From positions 148,802,001-148,866,000 of the forward strand of contig CM059431.1 of assembly GCA_030390025.1 (NCBI GenBank): a stretch of 64,000 bases of DNA, written 5' to 3'. This document shows positions 37,561 through 50,428 of this stretch, one piece after another. The notes below the pieces were generated by a model. It searched no databases. It was not told the DNA's origin and was given only the letters and a program-made list of their open reading frames with translations. Numbering within the stretch: the stretch's first letter is position 1; each line of letters opens with the position of its first letter. The position numbers and the translations under genes were made by a program. The DNA comes from Squalus acanthias. Lineage: Eukaryota.

Positions 37561-37990
37561 TGCGGCCTACACGTGACTCCCGTCCCACTCTGCTGAGGCT
37601 GACTTTCGCTACCTCCCCTCACACGCTGAATTTTGCCCGACCCCAATCGGAGAGGGCTGGCTACCTGGAGCGTGGTGGGGGGAGCGGGGAGCGAATACGG
37701 CACTGTCAGCCTCGCCCATTCTCCCATCCCCGTCCTGTCGGGTTGTGCTGGTGGGGGCAGGTGAGGGGCGACGCACTGATCCGCCCTGGAGCTCCGACCG
37801 AACCGGAACTTTGACCGACCGCCCAAGATCAAAGCGCGAAGCGGAAAATGGTAGGGACATGAGCGGAATTCCAAACCGATCGAAGATATTCCACGCTGCC
37901 CGATTAAAGTGCCTTGGGACGGGGTAGGGGAGCGGGGAGCTTCAGTTACCCCATCTCCCCAAACCCCACCCTCTCCCCAACACCCACCCC
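37560..37990. promoter_or_regulatory. Non-repetitive CpG-rich island
   Basis: High CpG density in a CpG-depleted background; no recognisable coding motif. Confidence 0.35.
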
Positions 37991-38329
37991 GGATAGATGA
38001 GTTTGACCTCTGGCCCTGGTGGTCAGTGCCTTTAACTGCACTTTATCTGTGAATGTTGCTCTCACAGAACCCTCCAGATTGCCCAAGGTTTATCATTGGA
38101 ATTAGACTGTGTGACGGCTGTAATATGTTCAGTAAATGAATAAAGAGTTATATGGGCAGTTCGTACCAGATGTGTGCAATTAAATATCATTTCATATCAC
38201 CTGAGGGTCGTTCAGTCATTGTGTTCAAGTTAAACACCTTGCCGGAGCTTGCATAGCCATCTGTCAATCAGAGACTTGCAATATCACTTGTACGGCACTC
38301 CTGTTTTTAACAAGGTGCAAGGCACACTA

Positions 38330-39845
38330 TCCGGGTGATATAGAGGGAGCCCTACTCTTTATCTAAACCGTGCTGTACCTGCCCTGCGAGCGCTCGATGC
38401 TGACACTCGGTATAAAGTGGGGTCACACTGTCAGGGTAATGTAGAGGGAGCTCTACATTAGTGCGAGGTTATCCACTTTGGTGTCAAAAACAGAAAGGCA
38501 GACTATTATCTGAATGGCAATAGATTGGGAGAAGGGGAAGTGCAACGAGACCTGGGTGTCCTTGTGCACCAGTCGCTGAAAGTAAGCATGCAGGTGCAGC
38601 AGGCGGTGAATAAGGCAAATGGTATGTTGGCCTTCATAGCGAAAGGGTTTGAGTATAGGAACAGGGATGTCCTGCTGCAGTTGTACAGGGCCTTGGTGAG
38701 ACCACACCTTGAGTACTGTGTGCAGTTTTGGTCGCCTTATCTGAGGAAGGATGTTCTTGCCATGGAAGGAGTTCAGCGAAGATTCAAAAGGCTGATACCT
38801 GGGATGGCAGGAATGACATATGAGGAGAGATTGGGTCGATTGGGCATATACTCACTGGAGTATAGAAGAATGAGAGGGGATCTCATCGAAACATATAAAA
38901 TTCTGACAGGTCTGGACAAACTAGATGCAGGAAGAATGTTCCCGATGGTCGGAGAGTCCAGAACCAGGTGTCATAATCTACGGATAACGGGTAAACCATT
39001 TAGGACAGAAATGAGGAAGAATTTCTTCACCCAGAGAGTGGTGAACCTGTGGAATTCTCTACCACAGAAGGTAGTTGAGGCGAAGTCATTAAATACATTC
39101 AAGGATGAGTTAGATATATTTCTTAAAGCTAAAGGTATCAAGGGATATGGGGAGAAGGCAGGTACAGGGTACTGAGTTTAGATGATCAGCCATGATCTCA
39201 TCGAATGGCGGAGCAGGCTCGAGGGGCCGAATGGCCTACTCCTGCTCCTATCTTCTATGTTTCTATGTATGTTTCTATGTTACACTTTATCTAAACCGTG
39301 CTGTTCCTGCCCTGGGAGCGCCCAAAGCTGACACTCGGTATAAAGTGGGGTCACACTGTCAGGGTAATGTAGAGTGATCTCTACACTGTATCTAACCCGT
39401 GCTGTACCTGTCGAGGGAGGGCTAGATACTGAGATTGGGAATAAAGTGGCGGATACTCTGTCAAGGTAATGTAGAATGAGCTCTACACTGTTCTCACCCA
39501 TGCTGCACCGGCCATGGGAGCGTTAGATGCTGACACTGAGTATATCTTGGGGATACCTAGTCAGGGTAATGTAAAGGGAACTCTACACCATTTCAACCCC
39601 ATGTGCTACCTGCTCTGTGAGCGCGGGTTGCTGACACTGTGTATAATGTGTGTCACACCGTCAGGGTAATGTAGAGGGAGCTCTACACTGTGTCTATCCC
39701 GTGCTCTTCCTGCCCTGGGAGCGCACGATGATGACACTGGGTTTGATGTGGGGTACACACTTTCAAGGTAATATAGAGGGAGCTCTACACTGTATCTTAC
39801 CCGTGCTGCTGTACCTGCCCTGGGAGCGCGCGATGCTGACTCTGG
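38330..39845. repeat. ~100-bp tandem repeat interrupted by a CR1 3' fragment (+, ~38460-39280)
   Basis: GTAGAGGGAGCTCTACACTG-like motif at ~38340, 38441, 39369, 39471, 39571, 39671, 39773; CR1 ORF 38525-39175. Confidence 0.88.
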
Positions 39846-39917
39846 TCATCCAGACGCTTCTCTATCTGCTCCCCATGATCTTTGAATGTTACAATCTAAT
39901 CAAGTCTTTCCCTCCCG

Positions 39918-40136
39918 GTGTCGTCACTGGCCTCGGAGGAGGAGCGGGACAGAAGATGGGCCTCCTCCTTTTGGAAACAGTACCGCATCCTGACAGCTCG
40001 TAACTTCAAACAACGGCGAGAAATCATCCTGTCCTGGCTCAACCTTTTCCAGACTCTGACCATGTCCATCATCCCCGGGGCTTTTTGGAGGCAAATCCCG
40101 AAAGTGGAGGAACAGATCCAGCCCCAATCAGGATTG
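39918..40136 (+). pseudogene. Orphan exon resembling the start of an ABCG (ABC-2 type) transporter membrane domain
   Basis: RWASSFWKQYRILTARNFKQRREIILSWLNLFQTLTMSIIPGAFWRQIPKVEEQIQPQSGL followed by phase-0 GT at 40137; 5' boundary uncertain. Confidence 0.7.
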
Positions 40137-40184
40137 GTAGTTCCATCCCATAAACCCCTCCCTTCCATATAAACTATTCGGGCA

Positions 40185-41490
40185 GCCGAGGGGCAGAACT
40201 GATGGAGCGCCGCACAGTCGGAGGAGCAGTACTGAGGGAGAGTTGCACAGTTGGAGGGTCAGTACTGAGGCAGCGCTGCACTGTAAGATGGACGGTACTG
40301 CTGGAGCGCTGAACTGCCAGGGGGCGGGGGGGGCAGTACTGAGGGAGCGCCGCACTGTCGGAGGGTCAGTACTGAAGAAGCGGCTGCACAGTCGGAGGGA
40401 CGATACTAAGAGAGCACTGCAATGACGGAGGGGCGGTAATGAGAGACTGCTGCACTCTCGTAGGGTCCGTACTGAGGGTGTGCTGCACTGTGGTAGGGCA
40501 GTACTGAGCAAACGCTGCACTGTCAGAGGGGCAGTACCGAGGGAGCGCTGCACTGTCGGAGAGACAGTACTGAGCGAGCGCTGCACTGTCAGAGGGGCAG
40601 TACCGAGCGAGCGCTGCACTGTCGGATTATCAGTACTGAGGAACACTGCACTATCAGAGGAGCAGTACTGAGGGAGCCCTGCACTGTCGGAGGGGCAGCA
40701 CTGAGAGGGCGCTGCACTGTCAGAGGGGCAGTACTGAATGAGCGCTGTTCTGTCGGAGGGCAGTACATCGGGAGTGCCGCACTGTCGAATGGGAAGTACT
40801 GAGGAAGCGCTGCACTGTCAGAGGGGCAGTACTGAGGGAACACTGCACTGTGGGAGGGCGGTACTGAGGGAACGCCACACTGTCAGTGTGGCAGTTCTGA
40901 GGGAGCGCAGCATTGTCGAAGCAGTAGTACTGAAGGAGCGCTGCGCTGCCGGAGGATCAGTACTGAGGTAGTGCTGCACTTTCGGAGGGGTGTTTCTGAG
41001 GGAATGCTGCACTGTCGGAGGATCAGTTCTAATGGAGCGCTGCACTGTCAGAGGGGCAGAATTAAGGGAGCACTGCACTGTCGTAGAATCAATACTGAGG
41101 GAGCGCTGCACTGTCGGAGGGGCGTTACTGAGGGAGTGCTGCACTGTCGGAGGGGTGTTTCTGAGGGAGTGCGGCACTGTCGGAGGATCACTACTAATGG
41201 AGCGCTGCACTGTCAGAGGGGCAGAATTGTTGAAGCACTGCACTGTCGGAGGGTCAGTACTGAGGGAGCGCTTCACTGTGGGAGGGGCAGTACTGAGGGA
41301 GCACTCCAGTGTCGGAGGGGCAGTACTGAGGGAGTGCTTCACTGTGGGAGGGTCTGTTGAGAGCGAGCGGTGCCCATTCGGAGTGCCAGTATTGAGGGAG
41401 CACTCCTCTGTGGGAGTTGTATGACTGCGGCAGCGCTACACTGTCGGAGGGGTAGTACTGAGGGAGTGCTGCAATGTCGGAGGGTCAGTC
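40185..41490. repeat. 33-bp SINE-derived minisatellite
   Basis: Same unit as 8430-8890 (rc) and 35310-35710. Confidence 0.92.
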
Positions 41491-42450
41491 TTTTTTTTTT
41501 AATTCTATGCTGGGATTTGTCGTCCCTGGAAAGGCCAGCAATTATTGCCCATCCATAATTGCCCTCGCGAAGGCGGTGGGGAGCCGCCTTCTAAAACCGC
41601 TGCAGTCCCTGTACTGAAGATAGTCTCACAGTGCTGTTTGAGAGGGATTTCCAGGATTTTGACCCAGTGACGAAGAAGGATCGGCGTCATATTTCTAACT
41701 CAGGATCGTGTGTGACTTAGAGGTGTATTGGTGGTGGTGGTGATCCCATGCACCGGCTGCCCATGTCCTACGAGCTAGAATACGTCGCGTGTTTGTGAGG
41801 TACTTCCGAAGAAGCCTTGGCGAGGTGCTGCAGTGCATCTTGTAAATGGCACACACTGTAGCCACGGTTAGCCGATGCTGGAGGGAGTGAATGTTTAAGG
41901 TGTTTGCTTGGGTGCCAACCAAGCGGGCTGCTTTGTCTTTGATGGTGTCGTGTTTCTTGAGTGTTGTTGGAGCTGCACTCATCTAGGCAATTGGAGATTA
42001 TTCCATTACACGCATTACTTGTGCCTTGTAAATGTTGGAATGGGTTTGGTGATTCAGGAGGTGAGACACTTGCTGCAGAATACCTAGCCTCTGACCTGCG
42101 CTTGTTGCCACAGTATTTATGTGGCTGACCCAGTTACGTTTCTGGTCAATGGTGAACTCCAATTGTTGATGGTAGGGGATTCGGTGATGGTAACGCATTT
42201 GAATGTCAATGAGAGATGTTTAGATTCTCGCTTGTTGGAGATAATCATTCCCTCGCACTTCTGTGGTGCGAAAGTTAACTGCCACTTATCAGCCCAAGCC
42301 TCAACGTCGTCCAGGTCTTGTTGCATGCGGGCATGGAATGCTTCATTATCTGAGCAGCTGTGAATGGCACTGAAACCAGTGCAGTCATCAGCGAACATCC
42401 CCATTTCTGAACTTATGTTGGAGGGTGGTTCATTGATGAAGCAGCTGAAG
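41490..42450 (-). mobile_element. Degenerate LINE 3' part (second family)
   Basis: MFADDCT, WADKWQLTFAPQKC, TIDQKRNWVSHINTVAT, YKMHC. Confidence 0.85.
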
Positions 42451-42469
42451 ACGGTGCCCTGGGCGTGCT

Positions 42470-42752
42470 TGATCGGGAGAGTAAAGCGAGATTTACTCTG
42501 TACCTAATCTCTACTGTACATATCGTGGGAGTGATTGTTGGGACAGTGCAGGGGAAACTTTACTCTTTATTTCACCAGAGCAGGACGTGCCCTGGGATTG
42601 TTTGAAGTGACAGTGTAGAGGCAGCTTTACTCTGTATCTAACCCGTTCTGCACTAGCCTTGGGAGTATTTGATGGTACATTGTAGAGGGAGGTTTAGGCT
42701 GTATCGAACCAGTGCTGTACCTGTTTTGGGAGGATTAACGGGACTGTGTAAA
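42470..42752. repeat. 67-bp tandem repeat (continues at ~56154-56380)
   Basis: GACAGTGTAGAGGGAGCTTTACTCTGTATCTAACC-like motif at 42541, 42608, 42675, 42742. Confidence 0.8.
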
Positions 42753-45700
42753 ATCATAGAATCATAGAAGATAGGAGCAGGAGTAGGCCATTCCGCCCCT
42801 CTATCCTGCTCCGCCATTCAATGCGATCATGGCTGATCATCCAAATTCAGTACCCTGTTCCTGCTTTCTCCCCATATCCCTTGATCCCTTTAGCCTTAAG
42901 AAATATATCCAACTCATTCTTGAATCTATTGCATGAATTGGCCTCGAGTGCCTTCTGTGGCAGAGAATTCAACAGCTTCACCACTCTCTGGGTGAAGAAA
43001 TTCCTCCTCAATTCTGTCCTAAATGGCTTAGCCCTTATCCTGAGACTGTGACCCCTGGTTCTTGACTCCCCGACCATCGGGAACATCCTTCCTGCATCTA
43101 GTTTGTCCTGTCCTGTCAGAATTTTATAAGTTTCAATGAGATCCCCTCTCATTCTTCTGAACTCCAGCGGGTATAAGCCCAATCGACCCAATCTCTCCTC
43201 ATACGTCATTCCTGCCATCCCAGGTATCAGCCTTCTGAATCTTCGCTGAACTCCTTCCATGGCAAGAACATCCTTCCTCAGATAAGGCGACCAAAATTGC
43301 ACACAGTACTCAAGGTGTGGTCTCACCAAGGCCCTGTACAACTGCAGCAAGACATCCTTGTTCCTGTACTCAAACCCTCTCGCTATGAAGGCCAACATAC
43401 CATTTGCCTTCTTAACCGCATGCTGCACCTGCATGCTTACATTCAGCGACTGGTGCACAAGGACACCCAGGTCTCGTTGCATTTCCCCTTCTCCCAATCT
43501 ATTGCAATTCAGATACAAATCTACTTTCTGTTTTTGACACCAAAGTTGATAACCTCGCATTTATCCACGTTATATTGCATCTGCCACGTTTCTGCCCAAT
43601 CACCCAACCTGTCATCCTGGAGTTTCTCGGCATCTTCCTCGCAGCACACACGCCTACCCAGTTTTATATCATCTGCAAACTTGGAGAAATTACATCTAGT
43701 TCCCTTGTCTAGATCATTAATATATATTGTGAATAGCTGGTGTCCAAAGACCGATCCCTGCGGTACCCCACTAGTCACTGCCTGCCACTCGGAAAAAGAC
43801 CCGTTTATACCAACACTTTGCTTTCTGTCTGCCAACCAGTTCACTATCCAAGTCAATAACTTGCCCCCAATCCCATGTGCCTTAACTCTACACGCTAATC
43901 TCTTATGCGGGACCTTATCCAAAGCCTTTTGGAATTCCAAATACACCACATCCACTGGTTCTCCCTTATCTATTTTACCAGTTACATCCTCAAAAAATTC
44001 CAGTAGATTATTCAAGCATGATTTACCTTTCGTAAATCCATGTTGACTTTGTCCGATCCTGTCACTGTTTTCCAAGTGCTCAGCTATTACATCTTTTATA
44101 ATGGACTCTAGCATGTTCCCCACTACCGATGTCAGGCTTACCGGTCTGTAATTATCCGTTTTCTCTCTACCACCCTTTTTGAATAGTGGGATAACATTAG
44201 CTACCCTCCAATCCATGGGTAGTGTTTTAGATTCCATCGAATGTTGGAAGATGATCAGCAATGCATCTACTATTTCTAGGGCCACTTCCTTTAGTACCTA
44301 GGATATAGATTATCAGGCCCTGGGGACTTATCGGCCTTCAATCCCTTCAATTTCCCTAACGCCATTTCCCTACAAATACTGATTTATTTCAGTTCCTCTC
44401 TTTGATCAGACCCTATGTTCTCCAACATCTCTGGGAGATTACTTGTATCCTCCTTTGTGAAGCCAGAACCAAAATATGCATTTAATTGGTCTGACATTTC
44501 TTTGTTCCCCATTATAAGTTCCCCTGATTCTGACTGCAAGGGACCTATGCTTGATTTCACTAATCTTTTTCTTCTGTTCACATTTATATAAAAGCTTTCA
44601 CAGTCAGTTTTTAAATTCACCGCCAGCTTACTCTCGTATTCTATTTTCCCCTTCTTAATTAATCCCTTTGTCCTCCTTTGTTCAATCTTAAACTGCTCCC
44701 AATTCTCAGGGTTTCTGCTTTTTCTGGACAATTTATATGCGCTCTCCTTGGATCTTATGCTATCCCTAATTTCCCTTGTTAGCCAAGGTTGAGTCACACT
44801 TTTTGTTTTATTCTTATGCCAAACCGAGATGAACAAATTCTGTAGTTCGTCCATGTGTTCTTTGATGGTTTGCCATTGCCTATCCACCGTCAACCCTTTG
44901 AGTGGCATTCCCTAATCAATCGTACCAAACTCGCACCTCATACCATCGTAGTTTCCTTTATTTATATTCAGGACCCAAGTCTCTGAGTCGACTACTTCAC
45001 TCTCCATCCTAATGAAGTATTGTATCATATTATGATCGCTCCGACCCAAGGGGCCTCGCACAACAAGATTGCTAATTAATCCTTTTTCATTACATAATAC
45101 CCAGTCTAAGATGGCCTGATCTCTGGTTGGTTCCTCGGCATATTGTTCCAGGAAACCATCCCGTAAACACTCCAGGAATTCGTCCTCCATAGTAGTGTTA
45201 CCAATTTGGTTAGCCCAATCTATATGTAGATTAAAGTCACCCATGATGGCTGCTGTGCCCTTATTGCACGCTTCTCTAATTTCCCTTTTAATCCCATCCC
45301 CAAACTCTGCATTACTATTTGGAGGTCGACGTATCACTCCCACTAACGTTTTCTGCCCCTTGTTATTTCTCAGTTCAAATCATACAGAATCCACATCATC
45401 AGAGCTAATATCCTTCCTTTCAATTTTGTTAATCCCCTCTTTAACCAGCAAAGCTACCGCGCCTCCCTTCCTTTTTGCCTATCTTTCCTGAATATTGAGT
45501 GCCCCTGGATGTTGAGTTCCCAGCCCTGGCCACCCTGGAGCCATGTTTCGGTTATTCCAATCAAATTATATTCGTTTACCTCTATTTGCGCAGCTAATTC
45601 ATCCACCATGATCCCAATGCTCCTTGCATTAAGACACAAAGCCTGCAGGCTTGTTTTTTTTACCGCTCTTAGACCTATTAGAATTAGTATTTACTGTGGC

Positions 45701-47020
45701 CATGTTTGATTTAAAGCAATGTTTTCTCTGACTGCCACTTTTGTTTTTCTCCTTCCTCTCTTTTGCTTTTATCCTTGTTTCCCTTTCCTCTGTCTCCCTG
45801 CTCAGGTTCCCAACCCCCTGCCATTTCAGTTTAAACCCCCCCCCCCCCCCCCCCAGAGCACTAGCAAACACTCCCCCTAGGACATCGGTCCCGGCCCTGA
45901 CCAGGTGTAGACTGTCCGGTTTGTACTGGTCCCACCTCCCACATAACCGGTTCCAATGCCCCAGGAATTTGAATCCCTCCCCCTTGCACCATTCCTCTAG
46001 CCACGTATTCATTTGAAATATCCTTCTATTTCTACTCTGACTAGCACGTGGAACTGGTAGCAATCCTGAGATTACTACCTTTGAGGTCCTATTTTTAATT
46101 TACCTCCTAACACCCTATATTCTGCTTTTAGTACCTCATCCCGTTGTTTTACCTATATCGTTGGTACCTATATGCACCATAGCAACTGGCTGTTCACCCT
46201 CCCTTTCCGAAATGCTCTGTAGCCGCTCTGAGACATCCTTGACCCTTGCACCAGGGAGGCAACATACCATCCTGGTGTCTCGTTTGCGGCCGCAGAAACG
46301 CCTATCTATTCCCCTTACAATAGAATCCCCTATCTCTATAGCTGGCCCACACTTTTTCCTCCCATCCTGTGCAGCAGAACCACCTACGGTGCAAGGAAGT
46401 TGGCTGCTGCTGTCTTCCCCTGATAAGCCATCTCCCTCAACAATATCCAAAGCAATATATCTGTTTGGGAGGGGGATGGCCACAGGAGACCCCTGCACTG
46501 CCTGCCTGCGCCTATTACTCTGCCTGGTGGTCACCCATTCCCATCCTGCCTGTACACCATTTACCTGCGGTGTGACCAACTCCCTAAACGTGCTATCCAC
46601 GATGTGCTCAGAATCGCGAATGCTCCAATATGCATCCATTCGCAGCTCCAGCGCCGCAATGCGGTCTGTCAGTAGCTGCAGCTGGAAAAACCTCCTGCAC
46701 ACATGGTTGTCAGGGACACAGGAAGTGTCCCTGATTTCTCACATAGTGCAGGAAGAGCATGTCACAGCACCGAGCTCACCTGCCATGACTTATCCTTTAA
46801 TTAATTAATTAAAATTAAATTAAAATTAAATGGATGCCACCAATTACACTAGAATTAAGTGATATACTCAAATGCCCTTGCTTAACAGTAGTCCCCGCTA
46901 CACAAAGAGACCGTAGAAACCACAACATTAAAGTTTAGAAAAATTGAGAAAGAAAACACTCACCAACCAATCACTTACCTGCTTTTTGGTGCTATCACAC
47001 TACAAATACTATTTGCATAC
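42753..47020 (-). mobile_element. Near full-length degenerate CR1 LINE; extreme 5' end probably displaced to 56129-56153 by the LTR element
   Basis: ORF1 (CRRFFQLQLL, IGDSIVRG, HIGTND) at ~45850-46787; APE-RT fragments at 42847-45640; (TTCTATGA) tail. Confidence 0.92.
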
Positions 47021-48625
47021 TGTAGAGTTTCGCAATTATCGCGATTCTAATAATATGAGAGAAGCAGGTTCAATTGATCATTTTTATTGAACGGAATGCT
47101 GTCTTGAAAATAAAGGGTACAGAAGCCTGTAAAATGGCCGCCGCGCATCATGGCAGAAGCTTCCAGTGACACAGTGGGCAGACAAGATGGCGTCGAATAT
47201 ACATTCAGTATGAGATCATACCTGGTACAAATTAAAAAGGCAGGATGCAACCCGTTTGCATTTTTGGACAATAGCAATGATATAAGTGCTTGAATCGTTT
47301 CATATGCACAGTAAGAATCATTGAACTGGGCCATCGAAAGCCTATCCAGACACATCAATACACAAATACCCCCCGGCTCAACAATGAGAGAGACATTGGC
47401 GGGTGATTAAGCCAGTATTCAGGGGGTCCCAAAACCAGTTGAGGAGACGATTCATACACATCCTGGCTGACTCAACAATGAAGAAGGCATTAACGGATAG
47501 TTGGCTAGTTTCAGGTGATACCGAAACCCGTTAAGAAGATAATAGCCCCATGCTGGGAGTTTTGGGCGCCAAAATCACACAAAGGATAACATTTAGATTT
47601 GAGCGGGAGATAAGGCCGACAAAACTGTATAACTATAGGGGACAAATGTCCATCGGGCTCTTGGCTCTTGACTCTTCGCTCTTGTCGTGTGCTGGTTTCT
47701 TCGGCGGGGCTGCGCTGGTCGGTTATTCGAGTGTTGGGTGGAGTTCAATCGGAACGAGCCACCTCGACACGTCGGTAAACGGTGTCCAGACCCATCAGGG
47801 CAACACAGCGGTGTGTTCCCGAGTGAGGCCCGAGTGACGAGAAGAAAGACGAGAAGAAAGACGAGAAGAAATTCCACGTACCGCCACAGTCAGTAAACCC
47901 CGACCGCGCCCGAAGATAAACGGCAGAGTCCACCAGTTCGAATTCTACAGACTACTTCATGACCCGGTTTGAATTCCACAAACTACTTCATGACATCAGG
48001 GAGTCTGGCTTACCCTCCGGCTCTTTGAGCGGATAGCCTGAGCCATCCGCGATGAACTTTACCGGGGCCGTCTCGAGTGGACCCATTCGCGGGAGCGAGA
48101 GTTAACAAGTCGGGTGCAGAAACACTTACAGCCACGTGACAGTCAGGTGCTGCAGCGAAACGAGCTGAGAGCCTCATTTAAATTTCCGAAGTGAGCCGAG
48201 TGGTGAGCATGTATCCCGATCCTACAAATCCAGACGTAGTTTAGGTATATTAAGGGAGGGTGGTTTCTAAGATTAATGTATAATGTGTTCCCCCTTTTAC
48301 GATGTGTCATGTGTTCCCCATTTCCATAGACCAAGTTTTATAAACGTTTGTATACTGATAATCTCTTTGATCTGCGCCTATGACATGTATTTCATGATTT
48401 TAGACGCCATGCAATAAAGACATTCATTTCGTGCTATTCAACCAAGTCAATTTGAGTCTTTCTCTGCATCACTGCTCCTTGCATCTCAGTCCAGGTGTCA
48501 GAACCGTAAGGGCGAGTGGGTCGAACCACTCACAGGTTCTTATTGCAAAGGTCTGGCCGGAGACCAGAGCAAGCAATAGTACAGGCAACGAAAGCCTCAC
48601 CTCGCACCAGTCCGTGACCCTTACA
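47021..48625 (+). repeat. 5' LTR (1605 bp)
   Basis: TGTAGAG...CCTTACA; TATA-like TATATTAA at ~48246; AATAAA at 48413; internal (GACGAGAAGAAA)x3. Confidence 0.95.
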
Positions 48626-48629
48626 GAAA

Positions 48630-48647
48630 TGGCGACCGCGGCAGGAC
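48630..48647 (+). other. Primer binding site, tRNA-Arg(TCG)-type
   Basis: TGGCGACCGCGGCAGGAC 4 nt after the LTR; complementary to the vertebrate tRNA-Arg-TCG 3' end as recalled (GTCCTGCCGCGGTCG-CCA). Confidence 0.85.
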
Positions 48648-48700
48648 CCTGGCAGCAAGAGAGTAATGTCTTAGACCCAGGTTTGAATAAACGAAATGTA

Positions 48701-50428
48701 ATGGACGAAAAAGTAGCCGACTATGTTTTCGGGAATGTAACCCTGACCAAACAGTGGATATGTGACCTACTGACGGATAGGCGTCCGCTAGACGCAGCCA
48801 TCAGGTGGACAGGTAGCAGAGAATATAAGAAGTCAGTAGAGAAATCGGTCTGGTTGATGTGCTACAAAGAGCAAGTCCAACTTTCGGACCAGGTCATTGC
48901 AGCACAGACAGCTCAGATCAAAGAGTTAGACACAGAGATGGAGGAAAAGGTTATGGGAGGACAGAAACTGATTGCATCACTGAATGCGTTGCATCAGGAA
49001 CGCCAAATAGTAGCCAGCCACCACGAGGCTAGGATCGATTACTTAGACTGCCAGGTCACGGAAGCTAAGTTAAGTGAGGGAAAGATTAAAGAACGGTGTA
49101 TCCGCCTAGCTAACCAGATAAAGACCCAGGAAGAAAGTCTCAGGGGAGTTAGGGCGGCATACAAGATGGCTCTCGAGGATAGATCTGAGTGAGCCGACCA
49201 CAGCGTTTGCCAGAGAGAGATAGAGGACCTGAGAGAGGCCCTGAATAAGGCGAACGGCTTGGTGTGTTTCATCAGCCCGTCAGCGAGCCAGCCACAGGTA
49301 GCTAGGGAATTCCCAAAACCACTGCCAAGAAAAGCAGGTGTGGTACCAACCACCAAGCCCTCAGCGCCACCCAGCTATACGGAAACCTGGGTGAGGGAGG
49401 AAGCGGTAGAAATTGAGAAGGATGTTCCCGAGGTAGAACAAACCCCGGAGGTAGTGTCGAACGCGGCACCGATGTGTCCGGTCCGAGAACAAAAGCGGGG
49501 CCCGAACGGGGCAGATGGGGAAGACGGGACCCTTTTAAACCAACTTGTAGTGCCCCACAGCTCACAACAGCTGAGGGCAATGATCAGCCATGTCCGGAAA
49601 CTGTCAGAGTCAGGAGATCCTTCCGTTCATTTTAGAGAGGTAGAACAGACCGCAGCGATTAATGGCTGCGACGGGGAGGAAAAGACCAGAATGTTGCTGT
49701 TCTCTTTGGATAGCTCAATCCTTTAGTGTCTCTCCGACGAGAGCAAGAGGGGAGTTAGGGGCTATGAGGATTTACGGGACGAGGTCCTGGAAGTGTTGGG
49801 AGTGGATGACGAAGGTCCGTTTGTCAGACTGGGTCAGACAGTACAGATGGAGGGAGAACCCCCACGAGTTTTCGCCGAAAGGCTGTGGCCAGTATATCAG
49901 CGTAGCTGCCCAAGTACACCAGCGCGTCACAACCTGCACGGTGTCGAGAAAGCTCATTGGCTCAGGTGCGTAGTCGCCAACAGCTTGCCAGCCATCAGGG
50001 AGCAAGCCAAGGCGTGGTTTGATCCCACCAACCCCAATACAACGGAGGAGTCGGTCCTGAGTCAGCTCACCATAGGACATAGAAATACTAGAAGCACGGG
50101 AGCGCGTCCCCTTAAGAGAAAAGTGCATGAAGCAAAGCCCGCAGCTCCGGCTCAGAAAGAGTGGCATCAGGAGGGAAATCGCGCCCCACAAACCAATAGT
50201 GTTTGTTACGGGTGCGGGAAGGCAGGTCACTAGCGCAAAAACTGTAGGAATCCCTGGAAGGATTCCAAGGAGAAAGCTCCCGCAGTCCGAGCCCAAACGC
50301 CTGTCTCTGAGAGAGGAGCTGGTGTGCCTATCCATTACGACGCGATCGAGTCAATGTTAGGAGCCATGCGGTCTCTTATGACCTCACACGGAAAGGTAGC
50401 AACAGCCCCATACAACCCAGACTTCTGA
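48701..50428 (+). pseudogene. gag: gag-like gene (~575 aa) with 3 in-frame stops
   Basis: One frame across ORFs 48431/49259/49793; stops at 49190, 49724, 50231; N-terminal coiled coil, PSAP and PPSY late-domain-like motifs, capsid-like region, CYGCGKAGH*RKNC knuckle (50204-50245). Confidence 0.85.

Noticed and set aside
36090..41424. Many 60-175 aa ORFs rich in C/S/T/P/R
   Set aside because: Products of the 42-, 100- and 33-bp minisatellites (only the 39918 exon and the CR1 ORF at 38525 have real motifs)
45836..45854. Long poly-C run
   Set aside because: Homopolymer at the CR1 ORF1/ORF2 junction; likely slippage or sequencing artefact
47047..47933. ORFs inside the LTR, repeated at 54513-55435
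   Set aside because: Duplicated only because they are in the LTRs; indels between LTRs break their frames; no motifs
48431..48700. 5' extension of the gag ORF
   Set aside because: Overlaps U5 and the PBS; ATG at 48701 is the more plausible start
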